From Moniliella sp. 'wahieum' (Eukaryota): a stretch of 64,000 nucleotides of DNA. The stretch is taken from positions 124,001-188,000 of the forward strand of contig RSEE01000069.1 of NCBI GenBank assembly GCA_003971905.1. The letters are read 5' to 3'. Under the pieces are notes generated by a model, which saw only the letters and a list, made by a program, of their open reading frames with translations, was not told the DNA's origin and ran no database searches. Position 1 is the stretch's first letter. Each line of letters begins with the position of its first letter. Shown in pieces: positions 23,706-36,400 of the stretch. A program made the position numbers and the translations under genes.

Positions 23706-24428
23706 TCAGATGGGCAGCAAACTCATCCCTCCCCTCGCGATCAGGGATCCAGCATAGCGGAGAGTGGTGAGGCCTCCTGGGAAGTACGCGGCCAAGTAGG
23801 CCAGGAGAGCAACGACTTGGGCCGCAGCAGCAATCATAGTAGGGAGGATGTACCTTGGACCAAGGGCAAGATAGAGGTGAGACCCATGGTGCCAAAGTAG
23901 GCCAAGTAAAGGGCAGTCGGGCACGGGCACAGAGATGTTGCAAGTAGGCCACTGGTCCCGACAGGATGGCAAAGCCGAGGAAAAGAGCAGCGATCCGGCG
24001 GTAAACGCAAATGCGAATTTGTGGGGCCTGAGCGTGAGGAAAACGGGAGAAGCAAAGACGAAGCTGAAGAAGAAGCATACTGCCGAGCCAGCAATGCAGG
24101 CGAGGAAGCCCAGTAGCCTAGTGCACAGAGGATCGGATGGCAGTCAGTACCGGGGGCTCGGCAACGCAAGCGGCAGCACGTACCTTTCCCAACGCGACAG
24201 ACTCAGCATGGCTTCCTCCTCATCGGTGTGTTCGGAGCTTCGGAGGGGAACGTAGGCTGACAAGCCGGCTGCATCGCTCACACGCGCGGGCAGCGACGCA
24301 GGGTGGCTCCGAACCCGCCGCCGCCGCGGGATGGGACGCAGGCGCGGGCAGGCGCCGCTCTGGGCGCCTCGGGCCCAGCGGAAGAAGGGCCATTGGGAGA
24401 GGAAGGCGTTGGCGGTGCTGTCGGTCAT
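23706..24428 (-). CDS. SFT2: Golgi transport protein Sft2 (Got1/Sft2 family)
   Basis: LSLSRWER|LLGF..LRPHKFAFAFTAGSLL..GFAILSGPVAYLQHL..RLPFT..YFPGGLTTLR..LLPI*. Intron 24118-24183. Confidence 0.93.
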
Positions 24429-24814
24429 GGCGAGCGCAGGCAGAGGCAGGCGAGGCGCGGCGAGGAGGCGTCGAGATCGCAGGACAGCGCCAGAGAGAGA
24501 GCGCGCGCCAGCCGACGCGGTGGCCGATGGGGGCGGTCATCGATCCCCACGCCGCCTGGGGCGCACGGTGAGCGTGCCCGCGAGGCACTGCACGCAGCAG
24601 GCACTGCCGCCGTGCTGGGCGGCGGAATGGAGCACGTGGGCGGAATGGGGCGCGGGAGTCGGCCCAAAATCAAGCGTCACGCGTCACGCGTCACGCCTCA
24701 GGCGGGCAGCAGAGGCAGCCGGCAGAGAAACGGCCACGCCTCGCCATCCACTCCATCCCATTCATTCCCCCCCCGACGCGTTCCTGCCGCCCCGCTCCGC
24801 CCGTCCCGTCGGCC

Positions 24815-27276
24815 ATGAGCACCCGGCCCTCCGCCACCGCCCCCGTCTTCTCCCCCCGCCGCCCCGCCCCGGCCCGGCCCATCGGGCTCGCCGCTCGGCC
24901 TGGGCCCAGGCCACATGTACGTGCCTCCGCTCGCGTCGGGCGCCAGCTCCCCGCCGTTGGGCACGCCGCTTTCGAGCCATGCCCAGGCGTTCCAGCCGCC
25001 ATCCAACAACACGCCGTCGCCCCTCGGCACGTCGCTCGCTGGCCTCGCCCTCGACCCCACCCGCCCGCCTCCCCCGGCGCGTCCACTCTCTCTGCCCGCG
25101 CTGCCAAGGCCGCCGTATTCGTCCCGCGTAGCGTCGCGCCTACCCCGGCCCAGTCCAGCCCGGCCGCGACCGAGCCTCCAAATCCGCTCCCGCCCACTAG
25201 CATGAGCGCGTGCTCCGCGCTGCCCCTTTCCACCCGCAGTCGCGTCCCAGCTCCCGGCCCTCGACCCCTTCTCGCCCTCTGCCTTCCAATGGGGCCCGTG
25301 CAGGCGTCTACTTGCCTCCCGACGAAGCATGGCCATCTCCCGACTACACCGACCCAATCGGTGCGGGGCGCGGGCGTGGCCGGGACCTCCGGCTGGGTCC
25401 GTGCCAATGCCACCATACGCGCCGCAGTACACCAACTCTGTCCAGGCCAATGCGGCGAACCATGCGGCTGCTCTCACGGCGGGGGCCAGTAGGATGGGTT
25501 GCCTCCCACTTTGGCACAGCAGCAGCCGACCCTGGCACTACAGTACCAGCTCTACGCGCCTGCCGGTCCCCCCCCGTCTGCCGGTCAACGCCTCTGCCTC
25601 GTCCTCCGACACGGCAGCCAGCATTGCCGCCGCCGAGTCTTCTTCCTTCCCTCCAACTTAAGTGAGCAGCTGCGCCGGCGGCAAGAAGCCACCTGGACCG
25701 GTCCCGTCCCGCCTGCTCTGCATGGCCCTCAGCTGCCTGAGAATGTCAACAGTATCACAGTCTGTGTCCGTTGGAGCGGCTGCCTCCTGCGCTCGACTCG
25801 GCTTCCATGGCCCACCTGGGCGCTGCTGCGGCCGCAGCTTCGACGGGGCTTCCCTCTGCCTTGGCTCCACCCGAATTTGCTGCTCAGGCGCCCGTCCCAC
25901 TGGGAGGGCAGCCGTCCAGTACGTTCCGTGGCTTCCCCACTACGGGTACAAGGCGCTGTCGCAAGAGGATGGGCGGACGTATTGTCTGACGCGCATTGCG
26001 AATTTCCGGTTGGGTGCCGACGCGCACTTGGCTGCTGTCCAGCGCTGGCGCAACGCGCTCAACAATCCCCGTCGTCCTCCCCTGCCAGGGTGGTAGGCGT
26101 GTACGAGGCGTTTACCACCCATGCCTTTGGCGGTTCCAACTTAATTTTCAGCGAGTACCACGCCTGCAGTGTCACCCTCGCCCAGGCCCATCTCTCCTCC
26201 AAGCCCACCGCACTGAGCGACGTGTACCGTCCCTATGCCCAGGCAGCGTATGCACGGCAGAACTATGCCGCCAACCGGCCGCGAGCACACGTCTGTCCGA
26301 AGCAACGCTGTGGATCTACCTTGTCCAGATGGCTACCGCCCTTCGTTCTGTCCATGCTGCCGGGCTGGCCGTGCGCGCCATCACGCCGCACAAGGTACTG
26401 CTTACTGAGCCTGGCAAGGTCCGGTTTTCAGGGGGCAGTGTGCTGGATGTGTGGATCCGTTGCCCGAGTGCGCTGCCTCCTGCCCGGTGTGGGCGCCGAG
26501 CACCCGACCGAGGTGCAAGTGGAGGACCTTGTTCTTGTTGCCAAGTTGATTCTTACTCTTGCTGCTGGAGTGCTGAAGCGGTGCAGAGTGCAGCGGACAT
26601 CCCCGCTGCGCTGGCCATGTTACGTGGAAGCTATTCTGCCGAGCTGGAAGAGGTGGTGCGCTGGATGCTGCAAGGCGAAGGACGGAGCGCAACGTCGCTG
26701 GTTGTGCGTTTAGCGCCTCACTTGGCAGATACGTTGAATGTGTCGTTGGGGGCATCGGATGTGCTGCAGTCGGGACTGCAGAAAGAGGTGGAGAATGGTA
26801 GGTTGGTTCGGTTGCTGTGCAAGCTCGGGTTTATCAATGAGCGCGGCGAACTGAACCAAGACATGCGCTGGTCCGAAACTGGCGATCGGTACTTGGTCAA
26901 ACTCTTCCGCGACGCCGTCTTCCATGCCTCGACCGAGGCCGGCACCCCGCTCGTCGACTTGAGCTACATCTTGGTCAACCTCAACAAACTCGATGCCGGC
27001 TCGGAAGAACGGTTGCTTCTGACTAGTCGCGACGAGCAAACCTGCATTGTGGTGAGCTACCAGAAGTATGTCCCTGGACCCTACCACCGTTGAGCCGGGA
27101 GCTTCCACTTACGTTTTCCTTTTCCTTTTCCCTTCCCGTTTCCGTTTTATTTCCGTTTCCGTTTCCGTTTCGTTGGCTTTGTGTTCCCTTTGGCGTTTGC
27201 GTTTGTTGGGGGGGTCGTTGTTGTGCAGATCAAGCAAGCCATCGAGTCGGCGTTCCAAGAACTTTGCCATCAATAG
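24815..27276 (+). CDS. PAN3: PAN2-PAN3 deadenylase subunit Pan3 (pseudokinase; frameshifted)
   Basis: LHYQLYAP, YKALSQEDGRTYCL, EAFTTHAFGG, LWIYLVQMATALRSVHAAGLAVR, ENGRLVRLLCKLGFINER, WSETGDRYLVKLFRD, LNKLDAGSEE..SRDEQ. Intron 27066-27228. Confidence 0.95.
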
Positions 27277-27517
27277 TAAACTCCGCCCGTCTTATCAACG
27301 TTCCCCGTCGCACGTCCCCTACTATCCTTTCCCGTTGCTGTCTATTCCGCTCTCTGTCTCTCCTGGGCTGCTGTATCCCTTGGAATGCGCATGGAATCGC
27401 CTTGCTCGCCGTCGACAGGACAGCTAGCGAGGTGGAACAGGAAATCCAACCAATGCACACTCCGCAAGTGACTAGTCGCTCCCTATGGCGCCAGCGGCGC
27501 ACGAGCAGGCACCGGGG

Positions 27518-27543
27518 GCAGCAGCAGCAGCAGCAGCAGCAGA
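27518..27543. repeat. (CAG)n microsatellite between the PAN3 and TIM44 3' ends
   Basis: gcagcagcag... about 8 units. Confidence 0.9.
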
Positions 27544-27864
27544 ATCGTAACTTGACTCATGTGACGGTCAGCACATATGTAGGTCGCCATGATGTAGGCG
27601 CTGAGGCTGAGCGTTGAGCCGCTGAGCTCGATAGGATTCAGCTGTCGCGGCGGATCGATCACCCTATCCCCACACAGACATTACTCGGGAGGAGGAAACG
27701 GGAGAGCAGTTAAGGCATTCATTCCAGCACGGCGATGGCTGGAGAACGAGAGATGCAGACGAGTGGTGAGGAACGAAGGCGTGACGGTTTTGGGGGGGGG
27801 AGGGGGAAGGGAGGGGGAGGGGAAAGGTGAATGAGGGACAAGAGCCCTGGGGAGCAGAAGAAAA

Positions 27865-29525
27865 TTACAAGAACGATGCTTGACGCGGCGAGCCATCTGG
27901 AAGAAAGAAAGAAAGAAAAGGTGGCGCGTTAGTCCAAGTTCGAACAAAGAGAAAACACCTCGCCCAACAAACGGGTACGCACATCGATGATCTTCCACCG
28001 CCCGTGATCTCATTGTCGAGCATGCTCTCGTCGCGAGTGAGGACCAAGGCGTACCGACACGCCTCGGCCTGGTCCTTGTTGCCAGCTTTGACCTCGCCGG
28101 TGCGGGGTCGGTAAAGTACATGAGCTCTTGCGAGGCGCAGGTGACGACCAACGGGCAGACCGCCATCAAGCATCTTGCCATTAAGATCTCAATCGAGTCG
28201 AGGTCGAGCAGACGGCCATGAGGATGTAGCCCATTGGCCAGGAACGGGTCGACAGTGGCCATGATCACATTGTACGTTGCCTCGCCACCCACTGGCGCAG
28301 AGCAAGCGCGAGCCCGCCGGTGGTAGGCATCAATAAAACTCGGGCAACACATACTCGCGCAACTCGACATTGAACCGAGCCAGGCTAAACCCAGGTTCTT
28401 GCGACCGCAGCGCCCGGACCACTTGCGCCGTCTCATTCTCCTCAAACCAGCCCCCGATCCTGTCGGTGATGGAGCGTACGCGCTCCACCGCAGGCGCTTC
28501 CGACTCGGCGTACACCTCCTTAAACTCGGACCATTTGCGGCCAATAAACGAGTCGGAAATCACATTCTTCAGCTTGCCGCCCGTCGACTCCTTCTCGGGC
28601 GCAAGCACCAGCGCTTCCCCGGCATTGGGGTTCTCGAGCACGCGCGAGGTGACGGCATAGCCAGCCAGTCGTTTTGGCTTGCCCGCCAGCCGGTCCGCTT
28701 CTTCCGCTGCCGCCGCATCGGCTTCGGCCGACTTTTGGATCATCTCCGGGCTGATGCCCATGGCCTCAGCGCGAGCGGCCAGTTCCGGGTCCACCGACGG
28801 GGTAGGGTCGGCTTCCACGTCGTGCACAGGCGGTTGACGACCAATCCGCTTCAGACGAGCGGCGCGACGGGCCGCACGGGCGCGTCGGGCATCGGCCGCC
28901 TCGGCCTGGTCTCGTACATGCGTAGTGCCGAACCACCATCGTCAAACGCCTCGGCCAACGTGGTGCTAAAGGCACGGTAGGCTTCCGTGTTGCGCACAGG
29001 GGCGGTAGTTTTGTCGGCAACGTTAGCGATGCCACGGCCGACGGCACCGAGCGCGCGCGCCAACTCGCTCTCCTCCAACTGCTTCAACGCCTCCAACGGC
29101 ATCGCCCACTTTGCCACCGGACTTTTTCAGCTGGTTCGCAGCTGCCTGAAGCTTGGGATTCTCCTTGAGACTGGCCACAATGCGCATCCGCTCGTACGCC
29201 GCCTTGGCCTGCTGCAGCGCGCGCACTGTCTTGCACCTTGCCCGCCTCGCCCTGGAGCTGGCGTACGTTGTCCTGCAGCTCCTTGTTCTTGCGCAGCTCC
29301 TCCTTCAGTGTCTCGACAAACACGGCGAACGGGGACCGGGGCGCATCGAAGACACCGGGAGGCATGGAAGGCACGAGCGGCGGCGTAGGCAGCGGGGGCC
29401 GGGGCCGGGCCACGCAGCGCCAGGGACGGGGCGGCGGCGCGGGCACGCAGCGCGGCGACATAGGCGGGGCGTGGGAGCGATCCCCGTGCCAGGAGAGGCG
29501 CAACGGCGGTTATTCTGGGCAGCAT
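27865..29525 (-). CDS. TIM44: Mitochondrial import motor subunit Tim44 (frameshifted)
   Basis: Presequence, SPFAVFVETLKEELRKNKELQDNVRQLQGE, GGWFEENETAQV, LREYVLPE, GEVKAG..RYALVLTR..EITGGWKIID. Intron 27897-27982. Confidence 0.95.
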
Positions 29526-30647
29526 CCTCAGCGCGTGGGGGGGGGGAAGGGGGAGGAGGAGGAGGAGAAGGAGAAGGAGAAGGAGAAAGAGGTGCGAGCA
29601 AGGAGTGGCGAGCACCCGCGAAGAAACAAACCCACAGCTCCTGCTGCCCCCCGCCCGCAAGAACCAAGAATGCCGTCATTCCGCCACCAGCGGCGTCCGC
29701 ATGCTCCGCCACCCGCGTTGCACCGAGCGCTCCCGCACGCAAGGAAGCATGTCCCCCGTCACGTGCTTGCCATCTCCGGCCTTCGATTCGGCTCGCTTTC
29801 AGCCGGACGGCCGGCCATGGTGGTCTGGCCTGCTTCGGCCCCAGCCCACTCTGCCACCAGCACATCGTCCAGCCCCTCGGACGTCTGGGGGCGCTCCGGA
29901 GAGGGCGATGCCGCACGGCAGCCGTCGCAGACTGCCATGAGGTGCGAGCCACTCCCTCCCCCGGCCAGCAGTAGAAGATGCAATTCCATCGTCCCCCCGG
30001 CCACCGGTCGATGACCGCAGCCCTTGTCATCGATCATCCCTCCCACCGCAGCACAGTAGACACCCGCTGTGGACAGTAGATACCCGCTGTGGGTGTATTC
30101 TAGGCCAGCCCAGACACCGACCTGCACTCTCCCGGGCCATGGAATGCTCTCCAGGCGATTACGCGGCCCTTCCTTGACCCCCCTGCCCTTTCTGCTGTCG
30201 GCAGGCATTCCCGGCGGTGACCAACTCGACGCTGGCTGTGGGCATGCGAGGCCTCCATGAGCATATTCATTGGCAGCCTCCTCCCCTCTCCCAACCGAAG
30301 CGACAAGGAATGGCCCCACCTGGTAGGCCCCCGGAGGCTCTATCGATCCTGGCTCGGGACTACGGCGCCTGTCGTACCTGCATCCAGAGTAATTGGCATT
30401 GAATATATGCATCCAGACGGGTGGACGGGTGACGGGTAGACGTGTGGCGTCCCCAGAAGCTGCGCCAATGCTCATCATGCCAACCGAGGGAGCCAGGCGC
30501 CTACCTCTCGGCATCTCGCTTTGTTGCGTGGTAGGCAGTCCACCACCTCTTGTCTGCCAACTGAATCCAATTGGATTCCAGTCCCAGCCGCTCGCACATC
30601 CTCGCCCCCCTACCCCCCCCCTCCCCACGTGCCGATTTTGATGGGGC

Positions 30648-31757
30648 TTATGGCCCTGCTGTAGCAAACACATAAGCAGGAGAGCTGCCTCGCCAATTGT
30701 CCGTTTCGGCCGCTGGGCTTGACGGCACGGGCTGGGCTCGACGGTGGAGGGAGCCAAAACCGACGCAGGAAGGGGAGTGCGTCGTGCCGCTCCGCGTTTC
30801 GCATCGGGTGGGGCGGGGAAGCTGAAGCGGCCTCGCCAGGAGCAAGAGCACGTGCGAGGTGCCGGTCCAGTCGCCCGCGCGGTGTTCGAGGCGGGTCCCG
30901 ATCCCTTCGGGGGGCACGCACCACCGCCCCAGGCACCTCAATCACCGCCTTGACATTGTTGGTAGCCCGAGCCTCCTGTAGCGCCGCCTGGGCCCGCGCA
31001 TGCGGATCAAAGTCCCGGTCTGGTCCGGCCCAGTACGTCGGCACCACCACGGCCCCCCCTCCGAGGGTAGGTATCATGCGCGTGCCCGTCATCCAATGGC
31101 GTGAGCGCGTCGTCCGGTCCGTGGCCCCAGCGCGCCGCCGGGGCAAACCCAATCGTCAATTTGGGCGGGGGCTTACCGGGGCCGCCGAGGGCGGCACCCA
31201 GCCCCGCACGCGCTTCCCCCCGTCGCTCTCCCCGCCCGAACGGCCGTACTACCCGGTACAGGCGAGACGGGGCGAGAGGAAGGCGGGTCGTGGCCGAGGA
31301 CTGGCGCCGTCGCGCGGTAGCAGCTGCCTTGTCCCCTGCCTTGGTTCCCTTGCGCCAGTTGGGCCGGGCCGACGCGGCCTGCGCACCGCCCGCCTTGGCA
31401 GTCAGCTTGCGACGCTTGGCACCCACCCCGTTTTCGGGCCCGGCCGAGGGGGGCTGCTGGTGCCGGATGCGGTGGGGCGGCGGCGTGCAGCAGCGAGCGG
31501 AGCTGGAGGGGCGCTTCTTCTTCTTGGAAGACTTGGGTGGGGGCGGCGGCGGCGGCGGCCCATCGTCCTCGAGCTCGTCGGCCTCTTCTGTCAGCGGGAG
31601 GGGAGGTTAGGCGTCAGGCGTCAGGTGGTCAGGTGGGGGGGGTACACACCGCTTTCCAGGTCGGGGTCAGCGCCGGCGGAGGAGGCGTGGGTGGGGCTGG
31701 CGGTGAGGGGCGAGGCGTGGGCCGAGGGCGGTGGAGGCGGAGCTTGATCTTGGCCAT
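30648..31757 (-). CDS. Basic, low-complexity nuclear-type protein; possible INO80 subunit Ies4-like (frameshifted)
   Basis: MAKIKLRL start, KRRK and NWRKG basic patches, and the motif DRTTRSRHWMTGTRMIPTLGGGAVVVPTYWAG. Confidence 0.55.
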
Positions 31758-33414
31758 GGGTGGGCTGGGCGGTGGTGGGCGGGGAGGCGAAAATTTGCGC
31801 AGACCATGGAAGCGCGCAGGCGGGATCGGCGTCGGGGCGGCACGCGGCGGGCGGCGGGCGGGCTGGGTGCTGCTGGGTGCTGGCCGCGCCGGAGCGGAGG
31901 AGCCAAGTGGGCCCGTTTGCAGGCTGGGATTGGATATTGCGATCCGTACTATTAACACTGCGCATTCTGTCCCGCGCCTGCCCCCGCAGAACGTGCGGCC
32001 CAGTCGGTCCCTACCTCCACGTCTGCCGCCTGTCTGCCCGCCCCGCCGCCTCCCCACTCGCAACGCTCGTGCTGGCTGCCTTGCCCGCCCCTGGCACCGC
32101 TTATTGCCTCCCGCGGCTCGCGTATCCAATAACTCGGTGCAGCCCCCGGCCTGACAGCGTGCTCTCGCGTGCCTGCCGTGCGCGCAGAGGTTTTTGCTCA
32201 CGTCGCCTTCCCTTCCTGGTATTGTGCGCGCCCCCGTTGCGTACGCCTGCCCCACTGGCACTCTCGAATGCTCACTGTACAGGCAAAGCAAGGGCTCAAG
32301 GACTGGGTGCCACCTATACGTGGGTATGCTACCCGTTGCGCCCTTGCACCGTCTATATGAGCGTGCAGGCAGGCCTCGTTTTGGGCAACTGAATGAGAGG
32401 GGATCGGTGACCAGGTCAACCTGTCTACACGAGCAGGGACGACAAGGGAATGCGGTGGACCCATAGAGGCGTACTGGCTTGACGGGACACGTGTTGCGCC
32501 CTCTGGAGCGTATATCTGCTTGAGGACGTGTGTCTGCGCCTATCTCCTCTACAAGGCCGGGGTGCAGCCAGGCTATCCAACGCAGTGTGAATGGCGGGTG
32601 TCCTCAGCTGAAAGGGTAAGCCAGATATGGCGACACCACCGTGGTGCCGGCAGAGGCGGGCGAGGGGGAGGGGTTTTTGATAACAAAAGAAAGCTGGATG
32701 GATGATGGATGAGGTAATTGGCGCTGGAAACAGAGGCTGCAGGTAGGCAGGGCCATTTGTACCGGAGCAGAGCGGGCGGTGCGGCTGGCTGACACTGGAT
32801 TATCGCCCACCAACACAAAGGCTGGCTGGGTCTAGTGAGCACGGATGGCGGTGGAGCAGGGCGCCGTGAGCAGCGCGTTTTGTATGATGGTGAGCAACGC
32901 ACAGGAGAATGAATGGAGGGCTAAGCGCTAATACCAAAGGCGCCACGGGAGGCTATGCACGTGGCGGAGGCATGTGTGTGGTGGGGAGGCTGCGACGCGA
33001 GCGGGCGAGGCGAGCGTGAGACCAACACCACCCATTGGCCACTAACCATTGGGCGATGCGGATGGCCACGAGGGGCCACACACGGCGGCGTACCACACGC
33101 GTACGGATACTGAGTACGAGGTGTTAGCTTTCACGCGCCCTGGGCGGCTGGGCTGGGCAGGAGGGACGGTTACCGGTTACGTACGGTGTGGATTTGGATT
33201 TGTTTTTGGTTTTGATTTCCATTTCCTCGTCTCAGCCGCGCATGCGAGCGCCTCCCCCACGCGCTGTCTGTCCTGTCTGCCTGGTGGCGCCTCACTAGCT
33301 CACTGCCCTTGCCATCCATTGCTCCTCTTTTTCTCCTCCTCCTCCACCTCCCCTCCACCACCACCATCGTCTGCGCTCGGCGCACCCCCCCCCCCCACCC
33401 CCCCCCCACCCACC

Positions 33415-36400
33415 ATGGGCCTCACCCTCCCCTCCCTCGGCCTCTCCACCCTTCTCGGCGGCCAGCAGCCGGCCTCCCCGACCCGGCCCAGCCCCCCCTT
33501 GAACACCCCCCGCCCCCGCCCCTCCCCCCCGTCTCCCCCCAGACGAGCATCACCAGCGACGCTGGCCCTGCCCATGGCCTCCTCGTTACCCACTCCCCCG
33601 GCAGCCCCCCGTCCCCTCCCCCACCTCGGCCGCCATGCCCCTCCCCACCAGCGACGACCCCCACGTCCTCGCCGCCGACGCCCAGCGCGCACTCACCCTT
33701 CCCGCCTCCGCCCCTCTTCCCATTGCCTACGTCGCCACCACCTCCGCCCTCACTCGTTTCACCACTGGCTCCAGTATGTGTCCCCCCCTTGCTGCCCCGG
33801 TGCGCCACACGCGTCACGCGCTGACGGCTGACATGTGTGTGTCCCAGCCTTGCTCCCGGCCAATATCGCCGCCATCGTGACCAGCATCTCGGTCTTGATG
33901 CGCATTTCCCTCAACTCGTCCGCCTTTTTCTTGAGGTGCTGCTCGAGGCCTGCAAGTTCAGCACATCGGCCGGCATGGGCCTGACGCGTCGTGCGTTGAT
34001 CGCAGCCATCAGCCAGGCGCGGCGCATGCATTCCCTCGCCGACAGTCTGGCCGGCCGGATGCGTCAGGCATGCCCGCCAGCCTGCCCGCCGCCGCGGCCA
34101 GCGGCAGTGCCTGGCTCGGGCTTAGCACCCTCGCCCCATGGTCAACAAGCGTGGGTTTACCGATGCTGCTCTCGCCCATCTCCTCGACCCCGCCGGTCCC
34201 TTTGGTATCCTGGACCGGTACTCTACGTTGGGCGTGTACCTGGTCCATCATGGAGTGACCATGAGCGAACTCCTGGTCTTATCCGGCCTCAACCTCGTCG
34301 ATTCCTCCATACGCGTTTTCCTTTCGCACGGCCGACTTGGGCATCCGTCTGTTTGATGGCATCTTTGGATCCAATGAGACATCCCGTGCTCTGACGAGCG
34401 TCATTGAACTGGCTTGGAAAGAGATGCACCCATCCAGCCCACCTATTGGTGACATGGTCCGGCATGCCGATGGTCGTGGGCCCGTGCCCGAGGCGGGCAA
34501 CGTTCTTTCTTCAACCTATCACGCTGCCAAGCACCTCACCAGCCTTACGCGTGGCTTTGTCGCATTTTCTCTGTTGCAAAGCGCTACACAAGCGCTCGGC
34601 CGTTCAGCTTCAACTCCATTCCATGTACGATTGCACGGTGCTTACCACCAAAGGGTCGGAGAATTGGCGCGACATGGTCGTGGCCAAGAACTACCACCTG
34701 AGCCAAATTCCTTTGGTCACAGCGCCAGGCCAAGGCGCTTCGCCGCCACCGTCGGTCATGTGCTGGAGGAAACCTCCCTCCTGCCTGGCTTGCAGCTGGA
34801 CGATCTTGGTGACCTCGACACGCGTCCCCGACTCACCTCGACCCTTTCCATTCACTCTCGGCCTCGGCTGCAATCAGGGATACGAAACCGGCATTCGCGG
34901 ACCACCTCGCTCCTCTCTTCGCCCGATGGCCCGTATGCCGGACCTTTTACGCCCACCATGTCGCGCACCGCCTCGCTCGACTCGCACGACTCGGTCGTGT
35001 CCGACTCGGAGAACTCGGATGACTCGGAACAGTTGCTCGAGTCGCTTTCGTTTCTGGTTGGCTCGGACGAGGAGGACAACCAGGACGACTTGCCTCTTGT
35101 CCGTGCCGCACGAGGCACGGGCGAAGGCAACGAGTATCCTCTCTCTCCAGCGACGAGATCAGCGAGGCAGTGACCACCACCACTACTACCACTACCACCA
35201 CTACCACCACCACCACTACCCGTACCACCCACCACCCTTACCGCCCGTGCCCTTTACCCCTCTCGCAACCTGCCTCGCCTCCGTCCCCGCCCAGCCCGCC
35301 GGCGCGCCGGCGTCTGTTTGGTCGTGCCCGGCCCCAATCCTCCCGGCTGGGTTGGGGGACGAATCCGAGTCCGAGTGGCACTCACCATCCGAGACCGAGG
35401 GGGCACTGGTTCCGGGCCGGTACAGAGTGGGACCAGAGTACGATCCGGATGCGCCGCGTGCTGGGTCGAACCGGTGGGCGCGTGCAGCGGCGCGACTGAC
35501 CAATCCGCGTGGAGGCTTAGCCTCGAACCGACCCGCCGAGTCCAGTGCCGTCCAGGCCCCGCAGGGCCCGCGGCGACCCAAGGTGCACGTCATGTTCCGT
35601 ACGTTGGCACATAAGATGACCACCCAGCGCCGACGTACCACCCAACACACCCATACCGAGACTCAAGAACATGGCCGTCTGGCTGGGGGGGCTTTCAGGG
35701 GAGAATCGGCGTACGAGAGTATGGATGAAACGTTCCCGGAGCCCGTGTCAGGTGCTTTGTCCGGATGGAACCAACGGAGACAGTCGTTTGTGACCAAGAC
35801 GATTCGGACGAAGCCAAGCGCCCATCTTGCCTTCTGCCAGCGAGGCCAGTGTCCTGGACCCCGACCTCTCTCCTGGACGGGACAACGTCCGTTACGAGGT
35901 GCATCGTCGGAGAGTACAGTGGCGACGCATCGGACGGGGCCGCGCAAACGGTCTCGCCCCCCCGAGGGCAGCGTGCCCTTCCCCACCACTTCCTCCTCTT
36001 CCCCCCCGACGCCTACACCGCTCTTGGCCCCCTTGCGTTCCACACGTCCGACAACCTACCGTCCAGACCGAGCCCGCTAACTTGGCACGGGTCGAGTCGT
36101 TGTCGGAAGACGGATCGAGTCGGGCGCGACATGGGTTTGATCCGTCCAAAGTGCCTCCTTCCTTGTCCCACCTAGCGGACAGGAGGACCGAGATGAGAAG
36201 TGTGTTTCGCCGTCAGCTCCAGAGGAGGCGAAAAGGGTCGGAGGAGGAGGATGCAATGGCCGCGCCGTCGTCCGATCCTACCCGCGCGCCGCGCGAAGCC
36301 GAGTCGGCCGCTGACGATCCGTTGTGCAAGCGCGGCGCGGCCCGTACCCCCGTACCCCGCCTTGCACTTTGTTGAAACCTGGCCATGTTTGCCAGGCACT

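Noticed and set aside
29689..30645. Possible plus-strand gene divergent from TIM44, with a 20-bp tandem duplication at 30053-30092
   Set aside because: No recognisable motif or consistent frame; long ORFs are expected by chance at this GC content.
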